64,000 nucleotides of DNA from Octopus sinensis (Eukaryota), in the NCBI RefSeq assembly GCF_006345805.1, contig NC_043006.1:80228001-80292000 (forward strand). Direction: 5' to 3'. The notes below the pieces were generated by a model. It was given only the letters and a program-made list of their open reading frames with translations. It was not told where the DNA came from and searched no databases. A program made the position numbers and the translations under genes. Shown here piece after piece: positions 52,018 through 64,000 of the stretch. Each line of letters opens with the position of its first letter. The first letter of the stretch is position 1.

Positions 52018-55000
52018 GAGTGAACACCAGGGACGTTTAAGATATAAGAAGGAAAATTCAGAGCTCCGAAATCTATCCACAAACATCGAAAACAAGGACA
52101 TCCTATGGAGCCAAAGTTTTACTAACAAAGAATTGGACTGTATCCGAGTAAGTAATACTAATTGAAATTTATTACTATTTTCGAAACGAAATGATGTATT
52201 TTGACTCGATATCATCTCCGCCTCTAACGCAACACATGTAAACATGCGTGGAACATCACGATCATCTCCGACCCCAAACACCATGTACAAAGGAACTACG
52301 AAGAAATTAAATGTCACCGATACTATTCAACCCAAGAATAACAATCGAGCGGTACGTACATTAAACTTACAACAAAAAATGTACGAAAAACTACACGTGC
52401 GAAATAATGTGACAACAGAAATAAACGGACCGGTACCCTACGAAAATGACGACCGTCAAAATAATGGGCCGGACGTTGTACCTCATGTCCCGCAAATAAA
52501 ACCCAAAAGACGTAAATGGACACGTGAAGAATACATTTCTATCTTACACGCATACTTCACAGCAGTACTCTACTCAAAAAATGAAAATACAACAACACAT
52601 ACATATAAAATATGGAAGGAAAATAATAGAGATATAGACTTGGATACAGCAATGAACCCTAATAAATTAGCTAACGTACGAAGATACATTCTCAACACAA
52701 AAAAAATATCAGAAATAGAAATAGAACACCTAAAAGAAAACATACACCAGGAAAATGTAGATAGAAGCCACACAACAATGCCCAATAATATAAACACTGA
52801 AACTGTAAAACACGAAGACAAACGCAACATTCCCAACAAACACGATGTAAACAACGAAGGGGAGCCTAATGATTATGATAATATAAAAAATAAAATAATC
52901 AAAGAACTGAAAACCACAGAGCTCAAAATGGACCACCGACCATACCTCCCAAGAATCAAAATAAACAAAATAACAACACCTATTATAAACAGCATAAACC
53001 TAGTCGTCACTGAACTGATAGCCACTGAATCAAAAAAAGTGATATCACTGAACTAAATAACCTAATATACGCAGCAGCCACTGCAGCCACAAAAGAAGCT
53101 GGATACTCACCCAAACCCGCCCAAACAGGAGTACCACCACCCAAACAAACCCTGTGGATAAATAACATCCAAAGCAAAATAAAAAAAATTAGAAAAGACC
53201 TGTCGATTCTTAATGAAATCAGCAAACAATCAACGCTACTGAGCAACAAAAAGAGAAGAAAAATACTCCGCAAATATAACATCACAGAGAAAGATTTGCC
53301 TGAAATAAAGGAAAAGCTGAAGCAAGATATCCTTGCCAAAGCACAAAGGATCCGCCGGTACAAGAAACGCCAACGCTTCTTTGAAGAAAAGAAAAAGTTC
53401 AACTGCAACCCCAAAAGTTCTACCAAGAACTGGAAAAAAATAAAATAGAAGTCACTGCAGCACCAACGGCAGAAGAATTGGAAGAATTTTGGGGAGAAAT
53501 ATGGTCGGCGAACGAACCACCAAAAAAAAAGGAGTATCAGAATAACAAACTCGGCATCTGAACAATTTTGGACCCCCATAACAACTGAAGAGGTCACCCA
53601 GGCACTGCAAAGACTAAGCAACTGGAAGGCACCTGGGCATGACAAGATCCCCAACTTCTGGTTGAAATATCTAACAGGAATGCACAAAAAGCTGGCTGAA
53701 AACTTTAACAACGTACTAGCAGAGCCAGAGACAATGCCTGAATGGCTCACGAAGGGGAAAACCATCTTAATTCCCAAATCAAATGAAACAGAAAAACCAG
53801 AAAACTACAGACCAATAACCTGCCTCCCAACTATGTTCAAGGCATTTACTGCAGTGATATCACAAAGGCTGAACAAGCACCTGGACGAAAACAAACTGTT
53901 CCCAGAAGAGCAGAAAGGATGCCGCAAAGGCTCATATGGCTGTAAAGATCAACTAATGATTAATAAAGCCATAACTGAAGATAGCCACAGAAAGAAGAAA
54001 GGCCTCAGTAAGGCCTGGATTGACTACAAAAAGGCGTTTGATAGCATCCCCCACACATGGATCTTCGAAACACTAGCCATTAACAAAGTAGCACCAACAA
54101 TCATAAAATTCATAGAGCACTCTATGAATAAATGGCAAACAGTCCTACACCTCCAAACAAAAGAGGGACTCATGAAAACCAAAGACATCCCCATTAGAAG
54201 AGGAATATTCCAGGGAGACACGCTCTCTCCACTCCTTTTCTGCTTGGCACTGTCACCTCTATCCGATATGCTAAATAGAACTGGATGCGGATATAAATGT
54301 TACGGCAAAACGATCAGCCACCTTTTATATATGGATGACCTAAAACTATACGCTGCAAATGACAAACAGCTGGAAACACTATTAAAGACAGTTCATGGAT
54401 TTACCAAAGAAATAGATATGAAATTTGGATTAGAAAAATGCGCCAAAGTAACCCTGAAAAGAGGAAAACTAGTTAAGAGTAACAACATCACACTAGATAA
54501 AACCAATGAAATAAAAGAATTAGACCAAAGCCAAACTTACAAATACTTAGGAATCCATGAACTAGATAAGACACAACACATACAAATGAAAGAGAAAATA
54601 AAAAAAGAATATTATAGACGAGTTAGATCAATACTAAACACAGAGCTCAATGCTAAAAACAAGATAATAGGTATCAACACTTTAGCTGTCCCAGTTATAA
54701 GTTACAGCTACAATATCCTTAACTGGACACGAAATGAACTAACCAAAATAGATAGGAAAACAAGAAAAATAATGACAGGATCTAGGATGCATCACCCAAA
54801 ATCTGACATAGAAAGACTATATATACAACGTATAGAAGGTGGTAGAGGCCTTATACAGCTGAAAACTACTATAAAATAACCACCATAGGACTGCAAAAAT
54901 ATCTACTTCAGAAGGAAGGAAAACTGATCCAGATAGCGGCAAAACACGAGCAAAACAAAAAACTGTTCTCAGTATTTAAGGAAGCTGACAAATACAAACA

Positions 55001-55980
55001 AGAAATCATACCACCTAATAAACATGAAGAAGAAGAAGAAGATGAAGAAACAACAAAAGCTATAAAACAAATGAAATCCAAACTAAAAATAGAACAGCAA
55101 CGAACCATGATAAAACGATGGCAAGAAAAGCCCCTTCATGGTAAATACTGGACTAAACTAAATGCAAAAGAAATAGACAAAGAAAAATCCAAGCAATGCT
55201 TGAGAAGCTCAGGACTCAAAGCAGAGACAGAGGGATTTTTAATTGTAGCACAATACCAAAGCCTCCCCACCAGAAATTACCAAAAACATGTAATGAAAAG
55301 AAATATTACAAGTAACTGCAGAATATGTGGAGATGGACAAGAAACAATAAATCATATTATCTCTAGCTGCCCAGTCCTGGCTAAGAAGGAATATATTCAC
55401 AGATATGACAGAGTTGGAACCTACATACATTGGAAGCTATGCCAACATTATGGAATAACAACAGAAAAAACATGGTATAGGCACACACCAGAAAAGGTCA
55501 CAGAAAACGAGAAAGCAACCATACTCTGGGATATGCCGATACACACAGATATAGAAATTAAGGCCAACAGACCAGATATAGTTGTCAGAGATCATGAAGA
55601 AAAAAAATGCTTTCTAATTGATGTATCAATACCGGCTGATGACAACGTGTCTCTAAAAGAAATGGAGAAACTCTCAAAATACAAAGACCTGGAAATAGAG
55701 GTAACTAGAATGTGGAATCTGAAAACAGAAACAATTCCTATCATAGTAGGTGCATTAGGCATGATAAAAAAATATTCAGACAAATACATAACAAAAACAC
55801 CAGGACTTACAAACACATATAACATACAGAAAATCACACTACTAGGCACTGCACACATCCTACGCAGAACACTTTCCATACAATAACCATCAGAGCATCA
55901 CAAAAAATCACAGCACATACCCAAGGCACACAGAGCTGTGCTCGGTAGTGAAGTGAAAGCACGCTATAAAAATAAAACTA

Positions 55981-55983
<3 letters not shown>
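52018..55983 (+). mobile_element. Near full-length R4/Dong-type LINE, family A (A3)
   Basis: 5' UTR; N-terminal RRKWTREE..NKLANVRR; RT motifs (YRPITCL, QKGC, WIDYKKAFDS, GIFQGDTLSP, LYMDDLKL, YKYLG); CCHC; RLE. The ORF is split by a few frameshifts. Confidence 0.92.
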
Positions 55984-56035
<52 letters not shown>

Positions 56036-56036
56036 G

Positions 56037-56206
56037 CCCTGATGCAGTACCAGGCAGTGGCTCTCATGGCTTCTGATCTTAACTGATTGGAAGTGTTATC
56101 ATGTACATTGTTTTGTCTTGGTATAAAAGATGGGATACAGCAAATATTCTGCTCAATACCACAGATTTGCTTGTCAGTTGTTTGACCTTAACCAGTTGAG
56201 CATGTC
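56037..56206 (+). mobile_element. Element E, positions 1-170 (5' part)
   Basis: Starts ccctgatgcagtaccaggcagtg exactly as at 60912; joins LINE B3 at 56207. Confidence 0.85.
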
Positions 56207-59200
56207 TAGCACTGTACAAGCGTACTTAAACTGGAGACAGAAACACCCTGAAGTAAGACCCTACATAGACAGTAACAAACTTGCCAACGTCAGAAGAAAC
56301 ATTATAAAAAAAAAATTACTGACTGAAGTAGAAATTGATCAGGTTAGACAAGCAATATCGGATAAAATGAACGAAGCTGCAGCTAGAGAAGATAATACAG
56401 AGGAAATAATTATAGACCAGCCCAGGGCTGATAAAAACGAAGTGAGGATTGAAAGAGTTAGTATAAGTGATAGGCAAAGTGAAATACTCCCTGAACCAAT
56501 CATAAACACTAAGACAGATGAGCATCAAATAGATAAAGAAAGTCACACAAATATTGGCCCAACAGAACTACATGAGCTAAAAAATCAAATCATGATTGAA
56601 TGGCTGAAAATTAAAGAAACTAGCATGGATGAACGTGATACACTTCCTAAAATCCGCAACTCTAACCAAAACATGAAAATAATTGGTAAAATTCGGCTTG
56701 CACTTAAGGATATAATTTCAGCTAATGATATTGATATCACAAACCTCAACCACCTATACTATGCATCCGCGAAAATCTCAACGATCCTATGTGGTGTAAA
56801 GATTAGAAAACGGCAACATTCCCACAAAAAGCCTTCTTGGCAAGAGCGTCTGCAACAACAAATTAAAATATTTAGATCTGACATTGAATATTTGAAAAAC
56901 CTTAAGGCTCACAAGACTACCAAACCTACAAAAACCCCAAAATTACTGAAAAAATACAATATGAAAACTATACTTGATATTGATGCCACCATAGAAACCA
57001 TCAAACAAAAGGTATCTGCCAAAGCTGCCCGCATAGCGAGGTATGAAAAGCGTGTTAGATTCTTCAAGAATTTTTACAGGAAGATAGGAAAAACAGCGTT
57101 TACTGCAAGGTCTGTACCATCAAAAGAAGAAGTGCAGGGATTTTGGAATAAAATCTGGGCAGAAGAAAAAACTCACAACGAAAAGGCCCCCTGGATTGAC
57201 AGAATATCTACAGAACTGGACCCCTTAGAAGAGCAAAAGTGGGAGGGTGTCAAGGTAGAAGATATAAGATCTGCTCTCAGGAGGTCAAGCAAATGGAAGT
57301 CTCCAGGAAAGGATAAAATTCCTAACTTCTGGCTGAATGCCTTCCCAGAGAGCCATGGACTGCTAACAGAACTGTACAATGATGTTTTGCAACACCCTAG
57401 TAGGATGCCTCCTTGGCTAGTTAATGGGTTAACATTCCTGCTTCCAAAAAGTGAAGAAACAAATGAACCAAAAAACTATAGACCCATAACCTGCTTAACA
57501 ACTATGTACAAAACACTAACATCTGTCCTGACGGAATATACCTATAGTTTTTTAACAGACAGCAGCATATTCCCTAATGAACAGAAAGGATGTAAACGTG
57601 GATCCTACGGCTGTAAAGACCAACTACTCATCAATAAGATGATCTTAGAAGATTGTCACAAACGACACAAAAACTTATCAATAGCCTGGATAGACTATAA
57701 AAAGACTTTTGATAGCCTACCACATAGCTGGATTAGGAAATGCCTGGAAATGTATAAGATAGCACCTACTCTGCGAAACTTCTTGACTGTAAGTATGAGA
57801 TCATGGAGAACCACACTAACTCTGAACAGTGACAATGAATCCCTAAATGCTGGTGATGTAAAAATTTCGTGTGGCATTTTCCAGGGTGACTCACTGTCAC
57901 CACTCCTCTTTTGTTTATCCTTAATACCTCTCTCAAAGCTGCTCAATGACGCGCAGTACGGGTATAAAATGTTTGATAAAAATATAAATCATCTCATTTA
58001 CATGGATGATTTAAAGCTTTTTGCAAAAAATGACCAACAACTCAAGGGCTTACTAGCGATAGTCAAACAATTCAGTGACGACATCAGAATGCAATTCGGC
58101 CTCGATAAATGTGCAAAAGCTACCTTCATCAAAGGAAAAATGACAGAAACATCTAACGTTAACCTTGACCAGCAGAATGTCATAAAAGAACTAGACCCAG
58201 CGAAGAGCTACAAGTACCTAGGGGTAATTGAAGGGAACGGAATAATGCACTCAGAGATGAAGGAAAGGATCAGGAGAGAATGCTATCGAAGAGTGAGAGC
58301 AATACTCAAGACAGAGCTGAATGCAAGAAACAGGATCGAAGCGATCAATGCATTAGCCATACCAGTCGTGACTTACAGTTTCAATATTGTTAACTGGTCA
58401 ATTACTGAAATATGTCAGCTCGACAGAAAAATAAGGAAACTGTTGACAATGCATAGAATGCACCACCCTAAGGAAGATACAGAACGACTCTACCTGCCAA
58501 GAAAAGAGGGAGGCCGTGGTCTTTTGCAACTGGCAATATCAATGAAAATTGCTACAATTGGCCTAGACACCTACCTGAAAAACTCTGAGGACTGGATGTT
58601 AAAACTTGTCTCAAAACATGAAAACAAGAAAGCATCATACTCAGTCACAAAACAGGCAAAGGAATATCTAAGTGAATTCCGAATACAACCAATTTCGGAA
58701 TTAGAGATAGATATACAAGAAACAAGCACAGAAAAAGCTAGGTGCATGAAAACCCGTGCCAAAACTGCGGCCTTAGATATTCTGAATAATAAATGGCAAG
58801 AAAAACCTCTCTATGGCAAATACCCAAAGAGAGCGAATAATGCAGATATCGACAAAGCCCTGACCCATCAATGGCTAATGGCCTCTGGCTTAAAATCTGA
58901 AACAGAGGGGTTTATCATAGCAGCTCAAGATCAATGCCTACCAACAAGAAACTACCAGGCCAACATATTAAAGAACGGTAGTAGCCCAACATGTCGTGTA
59001 TGCCGACAACAAAATGTGAAACCATTGACCATGTTGTCTCCAAATGCAGTCTTCTAGCGCCTACAGAGTACCTCAGTAGGCATGATAGAGCTGCACAATA
59101 TATTCACTGGGTAATTTGCAAAAACCTGGATTTGCCCCATGAAAAAAACTGGTGCATACAATCCACCTCCTGTGCTTGAAAATGACCACATGGAACTTCA

Positions 59201-59827
59201 CCATTCAAACTGACAGGAAGATAGATGCAAATAGGCCAGACATTATATTGAAAGACTTCAGACAAAGAACATGCCTCCTCATTGATATGACTGTCCCAAT
59301 CGATATAAACGTATCTGTCAAGACCTACCAAAAACTGAGCAAGTATAAAGATCTTGAAATAGAAATCAACAAAATGTGGAAGCTGAAGACTAAAACAATA
59401 CCTGTTGTCATAGGTGCCCTGGGAATGATAGCGAAAGGGACTGATTGCTACCTAACTCAGATACCAGGAAACCCCAAAATGGCAGAAATTCAAAAGATAG
59501 TGCTCATGGGAACTGCTCATATCCTACGCAAAATACTCTCTATGTAATCCCAAGGTTTAAAACAAACTTTTTTGTTTATTTATTTTAATTTAAAAAGAAA
59601 AAATTATTTTTAAATTTTTAATTTTTAAATTTTTTTATCTTTATTTTTTTATTTTTTTTAATTAATTAATTAATTTATTATTTTTATGTATTAGACATTC
59701 ACTAGTACAACACCAAAAAAAAAAAACCCCAAATATATGGCACAGAACTTCCAACCTGTTGTCTCTTGAGGTCTCTGGGTGAGACTTGGAGTCAACTTGT
59801 ACAGACATAAAGCAAAAGTCAAACATA

Positions 59828-59828
<1 letters not shown>
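56207..59828 (+). mobile_element. R4/Dong-type LINE, family B, nearly full-length (B3)
   Basis: 975-aa ORF 56130-59057 with a complete RT. The CCHC/RLE region is broken by a 2-bp insertion and small deletions relative to B2. Confidence 0.92.
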
Positions 59829-59856
<28 letters not shown>

Positions 59857-59858
<2 letters not shown>

Positions 59859-60339
59859 TGTTTTGTCTTGGTATAAAAGATGGGCTACAGCAAATATTCT
59901 GCTCAATACCACAGATTTGCTTGTCAGTTGTTTGACCTTAACCAGTTGAGCATGTCCCTTAGCGGCTGACGATATGTGCATCTCTGATCACGAGCAGAAG
60001 TAGTGGGGGAGCATCATAGCCATGTGTTGAGAGGGATTCTTTGGGGTTTGAATAGTTCACCTCTGGAAACATGGGTGGTTCTTTCAACATCCTTAAACAA
60101 CCCTTATTCAGGGACCGTTTGAGCAGGATGGGCTACTCAACCTGAAGAAAATTCTAACTGGGCCCCACCTGCAAGGTCATGTGCTGTTTATCTTGATATG
60201 AGATCACAATGTCGCGCACATATGGTTGTGATGCATGTGCCTGGTGTACCCTTATCAGACGGGTAGTCATGATGGGTATATTGGGCTTCGTATATTTTAC
60301 CCCAGTGTCACTTTGATGGCATGAACTGCTCTCTCACTC
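59857..60339 (+). mobile_element. Element E, positions ~71-551
   Basis: Colinear with 60982-61462. Confidence 0.85.
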
Positions 60340-60353
60340 AATAATAATAATAA

Positions 60354-60884
60354 GGTTACGGTTGCTTGGTACCAACATAAACCAGAAAAGGTAATGGACG
60401 AAAAGGGGAAGGCAAAAATTTTCTGGGACTTTGATTTTCAGACAGACAAGGTGTTAGAACACCGAAGGCCGGATATAGTAACCTTTGGGAGGAACAAACA
60501 AGGGTACCTAACAATGAACGTGGCAGTATCAGGAGATCAATGTATCATCATGAAAGAAAGAGAAAACTTTTATAAATATGGAGACCTGAGAATTGAGATC
60601 GCTAAGATGTGGCAGCTACGGGAGTCAAACATAAAGGTTATCCCTATTGTAATTGCAGCATTGGGTTCAATACCGCCCAATTTGAAAAAAAAATCTGAAA
60701 ACCTTAAAAATTCCCTATAATCTAGATGTATTTCAAAAGTCGGCACTACTTGGAACTGCACGCATATTGCGTTAAGTACTGTCTCCCTGAGGTCCTTGTT
60801 ATGACTTCACAAACAGTACAAACCCCACGTAGACACAATATCTTCAATCAACAACCACACGATATTGTATACTGTGCGATGTTC
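60354..60884 (+). mobile_element. R4/Dong-type LINE, fourth family D, RLE end only
   Basis: Reads IFWDFDFQTDKVLEHRRPDIV, KYGDLRIEIAKMW and IPIVIAALG; flanked by (TAA)n. Confidence 0.8.
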
Positions 60885-60911
60885 ATAATAATAGTAATAA
60901 TAATAATAATA

Positions 60912-61462
60912 CCCTGATGCAGTACCAGGCAGTGACTCCCGTGGCTTCTGACCTTAACTGACTCGAAGTGTTATCATGTGTATTGTTTTGCCTTGGTGTA
61001 AAAGATGGGCCACAGCAACTATTCTGCTCAGTACCACAGATTTGCTTGTCAGTTGTTTGACCTTAACCAGTTGAGCATGTCCCTTAATGGCTGACGATAT
61101 GTGCATCTCTGATCACGAGTAGAAGTAGTGGGGGAGCATCATAGCCAAGTGTTGAGAGGGATTCTTCGGGGTTTGAATAATTCACCTCTGGAAACATGGG
61201 TGTTTCGTTCAACATCCTTAAACAACCTTATTCAGGGACCTTTTGATTGGGACGGGCTACTTGACCAGAAGAACATTCTAATTGGGCTCCACCTGCAAGG
61301 TCATGTGCTGTTTATCTTGATATGAGATCACCATGTCGCGCACGTATGGTTGTGATGCATGTGCCTAGTGTACCCTTATCAGACGGTTAGTCATGATGGG
61401 TATACTGGGCTTCGTATATTTACTCCAGTGTCACTTTGATGGCATGCATTGCTCTCTCACTC
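60912..61462 (+). mobile_element. Element E, apparently full-length 551-bp non-coding retroelement-like unit
   Basis: Flanked by (TAA)n on both sides; no ORF of note; related sequence occurs in four places in the window. Confidence 0.8.
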
Positions 61463-61552
<90 letters not shown>

Positions 61553-61553
<1 letters not shown>

Positions 61554-63130
61554 GCCTTTTTATTGCTGTTGAATATGGATGTTGTATGTAGGAGTATTTT
61601 AATTGGTTGTTTTTTTATATTAAGTCTTTTGATGCTCCTGATGAGTGTTAATTTTTCTCTAGGGAGCCTGTTTCTGTTGGTGCTAGTAGATTTCGTAGGA
61701 GCGTCTTTTGAGTATGTGTAGGTGACAATGTCCTCAAATGCTGCCGTGCGGTTTCAATGTCAGTGGAACTGAGAGTGAAGGAGCAGTTGATAAAGGACAG
61801 CTTCTTTCTGAAGTTTATGCTGTCAAATAAGTGCAGTGGAGTGAGATTGACTGGTTTGGTTTTGATATGCCGGAAATAAAAGTTGTAGCGTATCATGTCC
61901 GAGTGGAGAGTTTTTTCAACTGAAATACTGTGAATGGAGCTAGAGTGGTTTGTTAATATTAGATCCAAGATCGTTTTATTCTGTCTTCATGGTTCGAGCA
62001 CTAGCTGTGTCAGGAAAAAATCATCCATTAGATTAAAGAGTAATTTTGCTGCTGCTTTGTCTGGTGCAGTGCAGTTCCCTAACTTCAGAATATTTGTGGG
62101 CCAGTTTATAAAACAGGGGTTAAAATCACCCGCAACCAGTATGTTTCCGGAGTTGTATTTTTGAAGGAAGGACTTGATTTTGCTGAGGAATTCTTCAAAG
62201 CACTTTAGAGGTGCTTAGGGAGGCCTGTAGAAACCAACAATGGTCATGTCGTTGGCTTTGCTGAATAGTGATATGGATTAACAGTAGCCATTGGAAAATA
62301 TGCCCTTGGCATCAACTGCAAAGGAGTCATGAAGAAAGATGACTGTTTCCTTTATTTCGGTCTGTGCGATATGTACAGATGACGGTGAAATCTTTTATTG
62401 TTACCTCGGCATCCATGTGAGTACTGTTTTAGAGAGTTTCAGTATGGATAATGAAAAATATGCTGTGTGCCGTTTCGACGAGCCAACTTTATGCATGGGA
62501 TCCTCCAATTTTGGGCAGCGAGTGATGGGTTGATGCCACGTACATTTAGCAGGAATGTCGAGGCAAGTTTAGTTTGACGTTTGTATTGATCTAACTGCTT
62601 AGTCTTATGTGTTACGTTCTTCAGAGGTGGCAGTGAGGGTAGTTTTTGTATGGAGCTGTGTGTGTGTGTGTAATATTCTAGTTGATGTGGGAGTGTTCCT
62701 TGTGTTTTGCATATACGGCTGCTGATAGCTAGTTGGATCTCCTGGTTTAGGTCGGCCTTCATATTTTCTAGATATGCTAGTGAAAATGAGTTGCCTCTTT
62801 GGACTATCACGTAGTCAGATGATACATTGTTCATATTTATGTTATTTGTTTTATGATTCTGTTTGGTTTTAGGAGGTGAAATGTGGTTGTATATTGTTTT
62901 TGTTGTTGTAGCACACCTCTGTTGCTGTTTATATTCATTTTTCGTTCAATTTGTGTCATTCAGATGGTGATAAGTTCATTCTAGGTTCAGACACATCCTC
63001 AGTAAGACAGAATTTTGGCACAGTTTAAGATGGAAGATGGTGCGTCCGTCGCCTTTTGTGCATCCATATTGAGGATCAGGGTCGTGCACTCTGTATTTAG
63101 GAGAGTGTTTGGGGGTGAAAGTGTGGCTAA
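61553..63130 (-). mobile_element. 5' part of an APE-endonuclease LINE (CR1/L2/Jockey-like), degenerate and 3'-truncated
   Basis: Broken frames read LLNVRGINPS, GFYRPP, AGDFN, DLILTN and TLHSD in APE order; the element ends at the (TAA)n tract. Confidence 0.65.
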
Positions 63131-63185
<55 letters not shown>

Positions 63186-63296
63186 CTCACGACAGTCGAA
63201 GCAGATATCGTTTCCGGACCTGGAGTCTTTGGCGCTCGTCGCTGGAACCTGGAATGGTTTCAACACGCTGAAGAATTGACTATATATATACAAGAC

Positions 63297-63336
<40 letters not shown>

Positions 63337-63355
63337 ATATACATTTACATTTATG

Positions 63356-63408
<53 letters not shown>

Positions 63409-63845
63409 GTGTATGTGTGTGTGCGTGCGTGTTTGTGTGTGTGCGCGCGCACTTGCGTGTGTGTACAAGAATTCAAATACAATCTTATAACGATGGGAAA
63501 ATAATTGTGTGTATACATGTGAACTATTTGATATTTCCTCTGACTGGTGTTTATTAATTTTGTATAAATGTCACTCTGTTACAGTACCGAAACAGTTTAA
63601 TGTACAGGACTAAGTTCTTTCCATATAACATCCCAGCGTACTTCATTGTCCATTATATGACAGAAAAAGATACGAAGACCATTTATAATGCACGAGTAGC
63701 CCAGTCATAAAAATTTTTCTTTGTATCAATGTATGAATTCCTGTTTAGAAATTACTTTCTCCCTCTTACTTTCTCTCCTTTTCAAATATATATATATATA
63801 TATGCATACATATATATATATTAGTGTGTATATGTGTGTGTGTTT

Positions 63846-63965
63846 GGTAAGAAGTTAGCTTTCCAACCACATGGCTCCGGGCTCAATCCGACTGCGAGGC
63901 ACTTTCGGCTGACCAAACCGTTATGAGTGGATGTGGCAGACTGAAACTGAAAGAAGCCAGTCGTA
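63846..63965 (+). mobile_element. tRNA/CORE-like SINE head (internally deleted)
   Basis: tggtaagaagttagcttccaaccacatggctccgggctcaatcc..gtgagtggatgtggcagactgaaactgaaagaagcc. Confidence 0.7.
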
Positions 63966-64000
63966 TGTATGTATACATAGAATAATATGCACTAGCAAAA

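Noticed and set aside
53007-53777. 256-aa minus-strand ORF
   Set aside because: Antisense to the A-rich LINE ORF; a compositional artefact.
56037-56100. CTGATGCAG at the start of element E as a hammerhead core
   Set aside because: A9 is missing (CUGAUGC), and no GAAA/stem III arrangement follows.

Overview
AT-rich, microsatellite-saturated animal genomic DNA. The repeat landscape ((TA)n/(CA)n/(TAA)n, tRNA-derived SINEs, R4/Dong LINEs) suggests an octopus or other cephalopod; this is inference. No rRNA, tRNA gene or CRISPR array was seen. 6-26 kb: a minus-strand tandem cluster of four single-coding-exon class-B (secretin-like 7TM, Methuselah-like) GPCR genes with an N-terminal somatomedin-B-like domain, plus a fifth 3' fragment. 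Two copies are intact; two carry only 1-bp homopolymer deletions. The copies are mosaic, share a conserved upstream splice acceptor and have a hypervariable ectodomain segment. 35-61.5 kb: two head-to-tail arrays of (TAA)n-associated R4/Dong-type retrotransposons (four families) plus a 551-bp non-coding element; one LINE sits inside that element between 100-bp direct repeats. Not visible in the ORF track: two type I hammerhead ribozymes with complete cores (14093-14135 and 45536-45584). Each lies in a 300- or 359-nt tandem or terminally redundant unit (retrozyme-like), and several decayed hammerheads lie nearby. Also present: an internally deleted mariner, Penelope, RTE, HERO-like and APE-LINE relics, MITEs/fold-backs and many SINEs.
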